A stretch of 64,000 bases of DNA from Octopus sinensis (Eukaryota): positions 6,572,001-6,636,000 of the forward strand of contig NC_042999.1 of assembly GCF_006345805.1 (NCBI RefSeq), in the 5' to 3' direction. Under the pieces are notes generated by a model, which searched no databases, had not been told where the DNA came from, and saw only the letters and a program-made list of their open reading frames with translations. The translations under genes and the position numbers were made by a program. Positions 35,765 to 48,029 of this stretch are shown piece after piece (the stretch's first letter is position 1; each line of letters starts with the position of its first letter).

Positions 35765-35996
35765 GCATAATAATCAATTGGACATAGTTTGTTGTAACTC
35801 TCTAAATAACGTAAACAAAAGCAAAACTCAAGACATTTCATCCGGGATTAAAATATAAACTTCTTTTAAGGAACCAAATTATGGAATCTTTTGCGAATAA
35901 AATTTAAACATGATTTAATGACGTAAATCTTGATTCTGATTATATTCTAGATTCCAATGTGAATGCACTAATCGCTGTTGTATTTCGTCTGCGTAT

Positions 35997-36408
35997 TACT
36001 CTTTGACTGCGGCCATGCTGGAGCACCGCCTTTAGTCGAGCAAATCGACCCCAGGGCTTATTATTTGTAAGCCTAGTACTTATTCTATCGGTCTCTTTTG
36101 CCGAACCACTAAGTTATGGGGACGTAAACACGCCAGAATCGGTTGTCAAGCGATGTTGGTGGGGGTACAAACACAGACACACAAACGTATACACACACAC
36201 ACACACAACACACACACACACACATATATATATATACATATACACATATACGACGGGCTTCTTTCAGTTTCCGTCTACCAAATCCACTCACAAGGCTTGG
36301 TCGGCCCGAGGCTATAGTAGAAGACATTTGCCTAAGGTGCCACGCAGTGGGAATGAACCGGGAACCATGTGGTTGGTAAGCAAGCTACTTACCACACAAC
36401 CACTCCTG
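35997..36408 (-). mobile_element. SINE B, composite
   Basis: Full similarity. Confidence 0.88.
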
Positions 36409-36424
36409 ACAATGTGATCTTTTA

Positions 36425-36636
36425 TTTTTTACTCGTTTTGGTCATTAGACTGCGGCCATGCTGGGGCACCACTTTGAAGAGTTTCAGTTGAACAAATCGA
36501 TTCCAGTACTTATACTTTTAAAGCCTGGTACACATTCTATCGGTTCTTTTGCCGAACCGCTAAGTTTCGTGGACGTGAGCAAACTGGCATCGGTTGTCGA
36601 GCGGTGGTGGGAAACGCGCGCACACACACACACACA
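36425..36636 (-). mobile_element. SINE B, 3' half
   Basis: Tail and second monomer up to (CA)n. Confidence 0.75.
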
Positions 36637-37199
36637 ACTTGAAGGTACTGTGAAAGCATTCAGTGATGACATCGGGATGGAATTTGGTCTTAATAAATGT
36701 GCCAAGGCCGCTTTCCAGAAAGGGAAATTGAAGACCTCATATTCAGTGGTGTTAGATGTTGACGCAGTTATAAAAGGACTTGAGCAGGAACAAACTTAGA
36801 AATACCTCGGAATAAATGAGGGCTCTGGCATTCAGCATGCAAGCATGAAAGAAAAGATCAGGAAGGACCTTTACAGGAGAGTTAGAGCAGTATTAAAATT
36901 TGAGTTAAATACATGTAATAAGGTGTTAGCCACAAATTCCTTGGCTGTTCCAGTGTCTGGCTCAATATGCACCAGCTTTCTTATGACGTGAATACCATAA
37001 CATTTATGTGTTGAGCAAGAATATCAGTGAAATAAAAAATATTGACTGGAAAATTCGTAAGCTGCAGATTTGCAATAAGATGCATCACCCGAAGTTAGAT
37101 GTGGATCATCTTTACCTCCATGCCCCCCCCCCAAAAAAAAATCAAGCCTTGATCCAATGTGAGATCTCTTAGAAAACCACCAAAATTGGACTGGCCAAA

Positions 37200-37495
37200 T
37201 TTTATTTTTTAAATTTTATTTTATCTTATTTTATCTAGTTTCAGCTCACGAGCTGTGGCCATGCTGGGGCACCGCCATTTGGTGTTGCTACATGGTTTTA
37301 CTTCACAAATGCTTTTTAGCAACTGCCATTTGGTGCATGAGAGAGTTCGATGCAGCTGCCCTCATCTGCACCTCCTGCCGTGAAGTTGGTTCATCCGGGA
37401 CACCTGACAGGAAGAGATCCAGTCCTACTTTAAAGACATCCGCATCCACCCCATGCATGTCCCACAGGTTCTTCGGGAGGATATTGAATATCTCG
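37200..37495 (-). mobile_element. 3' fragment of the same CR1-type LINE family as 16222-17682
   Basis: Reverse complement aligns to about 17390-17655; short-repeat tail (TTTTA/TCTTA)n on the plus strand. Confidence 0.9.
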
Positions 37496-37687
37496 AAACA
37501 TCTAACGACTGGATGCTAAAAATTAGAAGAGGCTTAAGAAGCTTCATTCTGTCATGAAGGAGGGCAAAACAATATTTCCAAGTGGGTTTATGCATAACAC
37601 CCAGGTTGAACGGCATGATGGGAGCGCGGAAACTGTTGTTGCAAAGAAGGTGAGATCAGTGGCAAGGAAAAACAGCGTATGAACAAA

Positions 37688-37854
37688 GGAGTGGCTGTGT
37701 GGTAAGTAGCTTGCTAACCACCACACATGGTTCCGGGTTCAGTCCACTGTGTGGCATCTTGGGCAAGTGTCTTCTGCTATAGCCCCGGCCGACCAATGCC
37801 TTGTGAGTGGATTTGGTAGACGGAAACTGAAAGAAGCCTGTCGTATATATGTAT

Positions 37855-37894
<40 letters not shown>

Positions 37895-37923
37895 TTATAT
37901 ATATAATATATATATATATATAT

Positions 37924-37960
<37 letters not shown>

Positions 37961-38190
37961 TGTGTGTTTGTGTTTTGTGTTCTGGTTTGTGTCCCCCTAG
38001 CATTGCTTGACAACCGATGCTGTGTGTTTACGTCCCCGTCACTTAGCGGTTCAGCAAAAAGACCGATAGAATAAGTACTGGGCTTACAAAGAATAAGTCC
38101 CGGGGTTGATTTGCTCGATTAAAGGCGGTGCTCCAGCATGGCCGCAGTCAAATGACTGAAACAAGTAAAAGAGTAAAGAGTAAAGAGTAA
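37688..38190 (+). mobile_element. SINE B, composite
   Basis: Full similarity; (GTAAA/GAGTAAA)n tail. Confidence 0.9.
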
Positions 38191-38588
38191 TTGACTGATG
38201 GGTGAGAACAAAAACCTCTGCATGGCAAATATGTGACTCATACCAAACAAGCTGATGTAGACCTGAAGCACACTCATCAGTGGCTAGGGAGCTCAGGGCT
38301 AAAGACAGAGAGCAAAGGCTTTATCTTAGTTGCTTAAGATCAGAACTCATTGACTCGGAGCATTGGGTTCAATACCACCAAATCTGGAAACCTTAGAGAT
38401 ACCCTACAATCTAGATGTATTGCAAAATTCGGCATTACTTGAAACTGCATGCATATTGTGTAAAGTATTCTGTCTGTCTGAGGTCCTTGTTGTGACTTGA
38501 CAAACAGTACAAACCCCACCATTAGACACAGTATCTTCAATCAATAACCTCACAATAACCGTAATAATAATAAATAATAATAATAATG

Positions 38589-38647
<59 letters not shown>

Positions 38648-38742
38648 AATAATAATAACAATAATAATAATAATATAATAATAATAATAATGATGATGAT
38701 GATGATGATAATAATAATATTAATAATAATAATAATAATAAT

Positions 38743-38787
<45 letters not shown>

Positions 38788-38832
38788 AATAATAATAATA
38801 ATAATAATGATGATGATGATGATAATAATAAT

Positions 38833-39688
38833 AAAGCCCCTTCATGGTAAATACTGGACTAAACTAAACGCAAAAGAAATAGACAAAGAAAAATACCAGC
38901 AATGGTTGGGAAGCTCAGGACTCAAAGCAGAGCTAGAGGGATTTTTAATTGCAGCACAAGACCAAAGCCTCTCCACCAGAAATTACCAAAAACATGTAAT
39001 GAAAAGAAATATTACAAGTAACTGCAGAATATGTGGAGATGGACAAGAAACAATAAATCATATTATCTCTAGCTGCCCAGTCCTGGCTAAGAAGGAATAT
39101 ATTCACAGACATGACAGAGTTGGAACCTACATACATTGGAAGCTATGCCAACATTATGGAATAACAACAGAAAAAAGATGGTATAGGCACACACCAGAAA
39201 AGGTCACAGAAAACGAGAAAGCAACCATACTCTGGGATATGCCGATACACACAGATAGAGAAATTAAGGCCAACAGACCAGATATAGTTGTCAGAGATCA
39301 TGAAGAAAAAAATGCTTTCTAATTGATGTATCAATACCGGCAGATGACAACGTGTCTCTAAAAGAAATAGAGAAACTTTCAAAATACAAAGACCTGGAAA
39401 TAGAGGTAACCAGAATGTGGAATCTAAAAACAGAAACAATCCCTATCATAGTAGGTGCATTAGGTATGATAAAAAATATTCAGACAAATGCATAACAAAA
39501 ACACCAGGACTTACAAACACATATAACATACAGAAAATTGCACTACTAGGCACTGCACACATCCTACGCAGAACACTTTCCATACAATAACCATCAGAGC
39601 GTCACAACAAATCACAGCACATACCCAAGGCTCACAGAGCTGCGCTCGGTAGTGAAGTGAAAGCACGCTATAAAAATAAAACTACTGA
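38833..39688 (+). mobile_element. R4/Dong-like LINE D1: CCHC knuckle, restriction-like endonuclease and 3'UTR
   Basis: PLHGKY, AAQDQSL, CRICGDGQETINHIISSC, RHDRV, LWD, RPDIVV, frameshift near 39315, then IDVSIP...EKLSKYKDL; (TAA)n both sides. Confidence 0.92.
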
Positions 39689-39729
39689 ATAATAATAATA
39701 ACAACAACACCAACAATAATGATGATAAT

Positions 39730-39962
39730 ACGACAATATAGCAAGGCTTGACCATTGGACACTTTGCAACAAGTATGGACTTGACAGAGCAAAAAATTGG
39801 TACGTCCACAAATCCGAAGGCATCATCGAAAATGATAATGCAAAGATCCTGTGGGATTTTATACTCCGGAAGGTGCTCGAAAAATAAGGGGTGTTACCTT
39901 AGTTCACTGGTAGGGAACAGCTGACACAGTAGTACATCTCCAGCGTTAGAAGCTGTGCAAAA
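39730..39962 (+). mobile_element. Internally deleted R4/Dong-like element (another family)
   Basis: DNIARLDHWTLCNKYGL...ENDNAKILWDF fused to LRKVLEK* and a 3'UTR ending at (CAA/TAA)n. Confidence 0.75.
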
Positions 39963-40109
39963 ACAACAACAACAACAACGATAATAATAATAATAATGAT
40001 ACTACTACTACTACTACTACTATACTACTACTACTACTACTACACTACTACTACTACTACTACTACTACTAATAATAATAATAATAATAATGATAATAAT
40101 AATAATAAA

Positions 40110-40290
40110 AATGGCTCAAGACCAGCAAGTTCAAGGGTAGTAGTTAAGTCGATTACATCGACCCCAATGTCCCACTGGTACTTATTTCATCGACCTCTGA
40201 AAGGATGACAGGCAAAGTCAACTTCAGCGGAATTTGAACACAACATGAAGAAGGACAAAGTACCAGTAAACAATTTTCCCCAGCGTGCCA
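40110..40290 (-). mobile_element. SINE A2, degenerate
   Basis: Central domain and partial head. Confidence 0.7.
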
Positions 40291-40310
40291 TCTTGCCAAC
40301 TTAATAAATG

Positions 40311-40380
<70 letters not shown>

Positions 40381-40413
40381 TAATAATAATAATAATAATG
40401 ATAATAATAAAAC

Positions 40414-40643
40414 ATTTCTTTACTACCCACAAGGGGCTAAACACAGAGGGGACAAACAAGGACAGACAAATGGATTAAGTCGATTACATCGACCCCAGTG
40501 CGTAACTGGTACTTAATTTATCGACCCCGAAAAGATGAAGGGCAAAGTCGACCTCGGCGGAATTTGAACTCGGAACGTAACGACAGACGAAATACGGCTA
40601 CGCATTTCGCTCGGCGTGCTAACGTTTCTGCCAGCTCGCCGCC
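40414..40643 (-). mobile_element. SINE A1
   Basis: Full head-to-tail match. Confidence 0.9.
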
Positions 40644-40758
40644 CAGCGCAGACCTCCGCCAAGCAGCTCATTTCCACCCATATACACGCATGCTGAAAAT
40701 CGCCCAAATTCCCAAACCAACGCCGGCAAAAACATAACCTCTTTGACGGGGGTAAAAA
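40644..40758 (-). mobile_element. Short Helentron-associated (HINE/DINE-1-like) element
   Basis: Subterminal inverted repeats related to CCTCCGCCAAG; minus-strand GGTTATGTTTT after the 5' subTIR. Confidence 0.5.
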
Positions 40759-40837
40759 AAAACACAGCCATATGATTAAAAAAAAAACTCCTTTAAAAAC
40801 AGGAACCATCCCAATGGTCAAGGCTTGTCATAAGATC

Positions 40838-41212
40838 CTCCGCAGACCTCCGCCAAGCAGCTTATTTTAAGATAAGTACGCAAGTAAAATTACTAATAGA
40901 GAAATGGAAATAAACTTTAGAAACAGCAACGCTACCATAGGTTACGTGAAACGATGAACGTGTTTCAAGGGTGATAATCAAAGAACGTAGTTAATACTTC
41001 ATGTAAAGTAAATATAACAAATCAAAAATCCTTTAAGAATCCATAAAAATTCCCAGATCACTACCAAAATTCCATTATCTGTTCCTTGTGTCATTACCAA
41101 CTTTTTCTGCAAGTTTCATCAAATACCGTTCATAACTTTTTGAGTCATTTTGCACACAGACGGACAGACCAACACCGATGAAAACATAACCCCCTTCCTT
41201 GGCGGAGGCAAT
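40838..41212 (-). mobile_element. Helentron-associated (HINE/DINE-1-like) element
   Basis: subTIRs CCTCCGCCAAG at 40847-40857 and CTTGGCGGAGG at 41198-41208; minus strand TTATTGCCTCCGCCAAGGAAGGGGGTTATGTTTTC start and short GTCT repeats. Confidence 0.6.
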
Positions 41213-41221
41213 AATAATAAT

Positions 41222-41274
<53 letters not shown>

Positions 41275-41275
41275 T

Positions 41276-41822
41276 GTAGTACCAGGCAGTGGCTCTCATG
41301 GCTTCTGATCTTAACTTATTGGAAGTGTTATCATGTACATTGTTTTGTCTTGGTATAAAAGATGGGCTACAGCAAATATTCTGCTCAATACCACAGATTT
41401 GCTTGTCAGTTGTTTGATCTTAACCAGTTGAGCATGTCCCTTAGTGGCTGACGATATGTGCATCTCTGATCACGAGCAGAAGTAGTGGGGGAGCATCATA
41501 GCCATGTGTTGAGAGGATTCTTTGGGGTTTGAATAATTCACCTCTGGAAACATGGGTGGTTCTTTCAACATCCTTAAACAACCCTTATTCAGGGACCTTT
41601 TGAGCGGGATGGGCTACTCAACCTGAAGAAAATTCTAACTGGGCCCCACCTGCAAGGTCATGTGCTGTTTATCTTGATATGAGATCACCATGTCGCGCAC
41701 ATATGGTTGTGATGCATGTGCCTGGTGTACCCTTATCAGACGAGTAGTCATGATGGGTATATTGGGCTTCGTATATTTTACCCCAGTGTCACTTTGATGG
41801 CATGAACTGCTCTCTCACTCAA
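41276..41822 (+). mobile_element. Non-coding ~545-bp repeat embedded in (TAA)n
   Basis: 3' 150 bp recur at 60945-61091, again followed by (TAA)n; no coding motif recognised. Confidence 0.7.
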
Positions 41823-41824
41823 TG

Positions 41825-41863
<39 letters not shown>

Positions 41864-41904
41864 TAATAATAATAATAATAATGATAATAATAATAATAAT
41901 AATG

Positions 41905-42200
41905 ACTAACTCAGATACCAGGAAACCCCAAAATGACAGAAATTCAAAAGATAGTGCTCATGGGAACTGCTCATATCCTACGCAAAATACTTTCTATGTA
42001 ATCTCAAGGTTTAAAACAAACATAAATTTGGTTATTTTTTCTTTAGACATTCACTAGTACAACACTAAATACAAAACCAAATATATGACACACTTGGCAT
42101 AACAACAACACGAACTTCCAACCTGTTGTCTCTTGAGGTCTCTGGGTGAGACTTGGAACCAACTTGTACAAATTTAAAGCAAAAGTCAAACATAGAATAA
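41905..42200 (+). mobile_element. R4/Dong-like D2 3' end, second copy
   Basis: High similarity to 33595-33880; (TAA)n both sides. Confidence 0.88.
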
Positions 42201-42894
42201 TAATAATAATAATAACAATAATAATAATAATGTGCAGTAGAGATTATCAGTTAGTTAAAAAGAAATAAGGACCGTATTTCAAATGATTTGAGTTAATTGT
42301 CACGTGTTACCTGAGTTGCTGCTCAGTAGGTCCACACATTAGTGATTCTGACTACTTCGTTTCTGGTCAAAACATAAAGCGTGAAGAAATGTGTAGATTA
42401 CTGCTGAAAGGTATGAGTTAGTCTTATAAGGGATGAGTACAGCCAACGGAATCATGTACCTAGAATATTGAACATTACTGGTATGTGCTTTAGTAAAAGA
42501 GGAAAGTCGGTCTTTATGAAATTTTGATTGAAAAGTTTAAAACACGGAGTTATGGACAGTCCTTAAGTGCAATACTTCATCTAATTTGCTGCGTCTTTCG
42601 CTGTGTTGGGAGAACGTATTTTATGACCATAAGCATCGTGGAGCATATATTTTATTAGTTTAGTCCGGCAGTAATTAGCATAATTAAAGAAAAATAGCGT
42701 TAGCCAAAGGAAGGATTTCAAGTGAGCCAATAGCATGGAGTTAAATTAAAGGGTGATCTATTGAATGTCGTGTGTAAAATATTTTTATCAAATTGAAATT
42801 TTCCTAAATTTCATCGATGTATTATTTCATTATTTCTATTGCTTGCTGCCGGATATTACGTTATCAACTTGCAAGGAAAATGGCCGATATGATG

Positions 42895-43330
42895 TGAGAG
42901 AGAGGGAGATAGAGAGATAGATAGATAGTGAGGGAAGGAGAGAGAGAGAAAGAGAGAAAGAGCGAATAAGGTAGGATAATGAAGGACATTGAGGACCAAG
43001 AAGGAACCTGGAGTGTAATTGAGAGTGATAAGTGCGGAGTGTGAGGCCGTGTGATATAAGCGATGCAGAGATGGATGAGAGGGAGAGAGAGAGGGGGGAG
43101 AGAGGGAGAGAGAGGGAGAGAGAGAGGAAGAGAGAGATGAGGATCTCAGAAAGAAAGGGGAAAAAGAGAGAACTAATAAAATAGAGAAAAATGTAAAGAG
43201 GAAGGAAGGAAGGTAGACGAAAAGAAAGAATAGGGATTAGAGAGACAAAATGAGAGAGAGAGAGAAAAAGAGAGAGAGAGATAGAGATAGATAATAGATA
43301 GATAGATAGATAGATAGATAGAGAGCGAGG
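42895..43330. repeat. (GA)n/(GATA)n purine-rich tract
   Basis: Direct reading. Confidence 0.85.
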
Positions 43331-43950
43331 TATGCGGAAATACTATAATGAAGTGAGTGAAAAGAAAGATAAAAGAAAAACAGATCTTGGAAATGGTTGA
43401 TGAAAATAGAATGCCAAAAAGGAACAATGTTTAGATTTAAGAGTGAAAGAATTATCGAAGAATACGCTGTGATATTTGATATCAGTATATTGTGATAAAC
43501 AATACAGGAAAGATGTCTGAACAAGTTGAGTCAGCCAAAATGGCGGCATTTGGTGGATATCGGAAGCGGAGACACGCGAGGAAAAATGCATTTTGTCTAT
43601 CGTTGAGTTGATTAGCATAAAAATAAACAGCAATTTATCAGCAAATAAAACGAAATAGAATCGCTGTTCAATAAAAATCGGGAAATAATGAAACAGACGC
43701 CTCTCCCCCAATAACAAGGATTAGAAGGGAGGGAAAAAGAGAGCGAGAGAGGGGAGTAGAGGGGAGTAGAGGGGAGAGAGAGAGAGCAAGAAGGATTTAC
43801 ATTGATAAATAGTTTTATATTGAACTACGAACTAAATATCATTATTAATTGCAATTGTTTAAAAAGTGATCCATTTATATTTATCCGTTATATTTAGAAG
43901 CACTCTAGCCATTTATCCTCCGCCACCTTCCTCTTTATATATATATATAT

Positions 43951-44014
<64 letters not shown>

Positions 44015-44153
44015 TATTATATATATATATATTATACACATATATATATATACATATATACATACGTACATATATATTTATATAAATACGTACACACACA
44101 TATACGTATGTATATATGTATATATACATATACATATATACATATATACATAC

Positions 44154-44185
<32 letters not shown>

Positions 44186-44589
44186 TATTAACACAAGCAC
44201 ATACACATATTTACGCATGCACAGGATTTAAATATTTTTACTGTTGCTGAGTGGACTACTTTTTGTTGATTCCACCAATTAACGTTACAATACACACACA
44301 CACACACACAAATACACGAATGTATGAATGTATGTATGTATGTATGTATGTATGTATGTATGTATGTATGTACGTATGTATGTAGTTGTTTCCATAGTAT
44401 TTCTTATTTGCGCAGCACTTAAAGCTAATCAGGAGGAGACGCCGAAACGTTGTCTCCGGATCACGTTTTGCACAGACGAAAAAATGACAATGTATGTAAA
44501 AGGGAAGATTTAGAATTCTCCCAGATTTTTGCTAATTACATATTTGGGCAGTGTAGATTACATAAAAATACATTGCATGAAGCCTTGGT

Positions 44590-45260
44590 TTGCCAAGCAG
44601 AAGTCTTTGAGTGGTGCTGAAGACAACTTAAGTCAGCTTAAATACGGAGATAAATCATTGTGAAATGTGAACATTCAGAGGAGTAGGTTTCACGCAGACT
44701 CGTTGTCTCCGTTCCTTTTCGTGATTGCCATGGCCCTTTGACTAATACACTGAAAAGTTATAGACCTGATTATGCGTTTGCTAAGAACAAGAGACAACTA
44801 AATCATCTTCTGTGTATTGATGACCTTAAACTGTACTCTAGGAATGGATACTGTTTTGATTCTCTTCTTCAGACAGTAAGGATAATTAGCGAAGGATATT
44901 GGTTGGAAGTGTGTGGGGTTGATTATGAAGAGAAGTAGAATGATTAAATTGGATGGCATGAGGATATATCATAGGTTGGTATGAGAATGGGGGACACAAG
45001 TGTCGAAAGGGGCTGCAGCAGGATAAAGTACTGGGAAAAGAAACGAATAGCAGAAAACTTCCGAAGATTTCAACAGAGGCGTTATAGACGTGTTTGAGCC
45101 AAAATTGAATGGAAGTTATATCAGAACAATCCATAAATGGGACATGCCAGGATGGAGATATTCTGCTAATTTTTTTTTATAGAAGGCCAAAATAGAATTA
45201 CTCGAATCGGTTAGAAGAACCAGGTAATACCCTATAAAATAATATTGACGGGCCCTAATT
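44590..45260 (+). mobile_element. Degenerate R4/Dong-like RT domain
   Basis: NIQRSRFHADSLSPFLFVIAM...LNHLLCIDDLKLYSR...DSLLQTVRI (compare RGIFQGDSLSP, HLLFMDDLKLY). Confidence 0.8.
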
Positions 45261-45391
45261 ACAGGGTTGTCAAACGTAGACGATAACATCAATGCTGCAA
45301 GTTTGGGGTTAGAAAACACCTGTGCATATGGAGGAAAGATTCGGGAACAGACCATTTGAACGAATTTGATAACGACGAAGACTGATAGCCC

Positions 45392-45467
<76 letters not shown>

Positions 45468-45682
45468 TCTATCTACGTACCTACGTACCTACCTACGTAC
45501 CTACCTACCTACCTACCTACCTACCTACCTACCTACCTACCTACCTACCTACTTACCTGTCTGTCTGTCTGTCCGACCGTCCGTCTGTCTAATTATCCTC
45601 ACGCATATTTGTATCTACATATAATTATGTATGAATATGCGTTTGTGAATATACGTAGAGATATATGGATGCATACATAAAT

Positions 45683-45723
<41 letters not shown>

Positions 45724-45733
45724 CATACATACA

Positions 45734-45768
<35 letters not shown>

Positions 45769-46399
45769 GTGTATGTGTACGAAGCTTGGTTCCGTAAGTG
45801 TTTTGTATATCGTCGTATTTAGTTGTATGTATGGATGTATGTGTATATATGTGTATACCGGTGTGTATATGCACATCACTCTATACACACTTACCATATA
45901 TAAACATGATATTTCCATTCAATTCCTCCTCCAACATACTTGAGTAGCCATAACTACTTACCTAAAGGCATAACAACAAATATGTATTTATTTTCCAATC
46001 ATAACCTACGCACACAAATAAAGCCAGTTAATCTCAAATTCATAAAACCAAACAAAAACCTTTTCTTCTAAACAATCACCAGTTTCCACGTTTCCGCGTT
46101 CACAAGGTTCCTCAAAGCAGGAATCGCCCCACGACTTTCTTATGGTGTTATTTGATAAGATTTTTCTTAAGAGACGTATTTCTAAAGAAACTTCCTGTCC
46201 TTGTACTTTATGGTTTTCATAATTATTTCCAATACTTTTTACATTGTTATTTGCCGTCCTTCCATGTGGAACCAACAATTGGTGTCAATGGTCTTCAGTG
46301 TGTCTCTATGAGAACCAGCTGAAGGATGTGCATGAAAGAAAGCTTTAGATATCGTTTTACCAGTCGTCTGGCATCTCTCTCTCTCTCCCACTCCATCCT

Positions 46400-46880
46400 T
46401 CCAACCATTGTTACGTCGAACCATCCATCCTTCTGTCGATCCATTCATTCATCCAACGATCCATCGAACTATCGATCACTCAATCGATCCAACTATCCTG
46501 CCAACGATCGAGCGATCGATCCCTCCATCCCTCCATCGATTCATTCGTCTATCCAATGATCCATCGATCTGTCGATCAGTCGATTCATCATTCTATCGAT
46601 CGATCGATCTATCAATCCATTCATCTGTCCAACTATCCCTCCTTCAATCTATCGATCTAGCCAACCATCCATCTTTCAATCAATTCATCGATCGATCAAT
46701 CCATCGATTGATCCATCGATCGATCAATCCATCGATCAATCAATCCATCGATCGATCAATCCATCGATCGATCAATCCATCGATCGATCAATCCATCGAT
46801 TGATCCATCGATCGATCGAACCATCCATCTCTTCATCGATCGGGCGATTCATAGATCGATCGTTCGATCCATCCATCTCA
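46400..46880. repeat. Mixed (ATCG)/(ATCC)/(ATCA) tetranucleotide repeat
   Basis: Direct reading. Confidence 0.9.
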
Positions 46881-48029
46881 AAATACTTTTGAACAATTAT
46901 TCTGATGGTGATGATATTTTGCTCAGTGGGTCCCCAAATAAAATAAATATATAGAAAATACCAACAGGGAAAAAACCTCCATTTAGTTTAACTCACGTCT
47001 CATGAGGATAGAAGTAATGACACATTAGTTTCTAAATTTACATGGGACTTAGAAAAAAATACTTATGATAACTTATAATGGCAGACACGTCTCTTCGCTA
47101 AATTTTAAACTATCAATAGAATATTCCAGTTTCAGACAAGTGAAAATTTTGAAATCCTGTTTCCTAAATCACCATTTCTTAATGGATACTCTAAATGTAA
47201 AGCTTCTTGTCTGCATAGAGTATTCAAAACCTTTCAATATTTTAAACCTTTGATATTAATTAATAGGATAAACTCGCAATATCGCGTACTACAGCTAATC
47301 ACTCTCATTTCTCTTATTATCTAAATGGTTGTGGTTATCCCTCTGGTTCTCTCCTCCCCATTCACTTTCTCTCTCTCTCTCTCTCTCTCTCTTCACACAT
47401 ATACACACACATATATACATATATGTATGATGTTAAACTTATTATATTTTATCTATGGATTCACTTTTTAGCTCAAGAATATAACTAAATTAAACCTAAA
47501 ATTTTTGAAGACGTACATCCTACCTTTCATATCCCAAATTTAATCTAATCTTCACATAACCACTTCCTTCTCTATATCATCCATCATCTCTAGAGAATAC
47601 GCGTTTATACTTCACATCACTTACCATTCTTATATACTTCTATCTTCTCTTGCATAATCACGTTAAAACACCAACTTTGAATTCTGATCTACCATTTAAA
47701 ACACAGCCACACACTCTCTTCTAACATTAAAGCAAGTCGTTGACAAAGCACTGCCATCTTACTACAATTTGATAACATTAACGGCAGTTCTATTACATCT
47801 GTATATTCTCACCTCAAAACATCAATTCTGATTTACAACATAATGTCCTTCCGGCTTCTCTACACTAAATTGCTTTAGTATACATACAGTAATACGATTG
47901 TTCTTTCCAACCAAATTAATACCACCTTATAGCATGTTTCTATAAGGTTATAGGATTGGATTAATTTGGATGGAATCATTTACTTTATCAATTACTGCTT
48001 TGCACGCCAGAAAGCCAATTCCTTTGGAC

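Larger units (their letters stand above)
36637..38570 (+). mobile_element. Fragmented R4/Dong-like LINE (RT thumb to 3' end) carrying nested insertions
   Basis: FSDDIGMEFGLNKCAK, KYLGI, MHHPKLDVDHLYL, KPLHGKY...QWLGSSGLK, LQNSALLETACIL; ends in (TAA)n. Confidence 0.8.

Noticed and set aside
44420-44450. Hammerhead-like CTAATCAGG...CCGAAACGTT
   Set aside because: Two core positions are wrong and stem I is not supported
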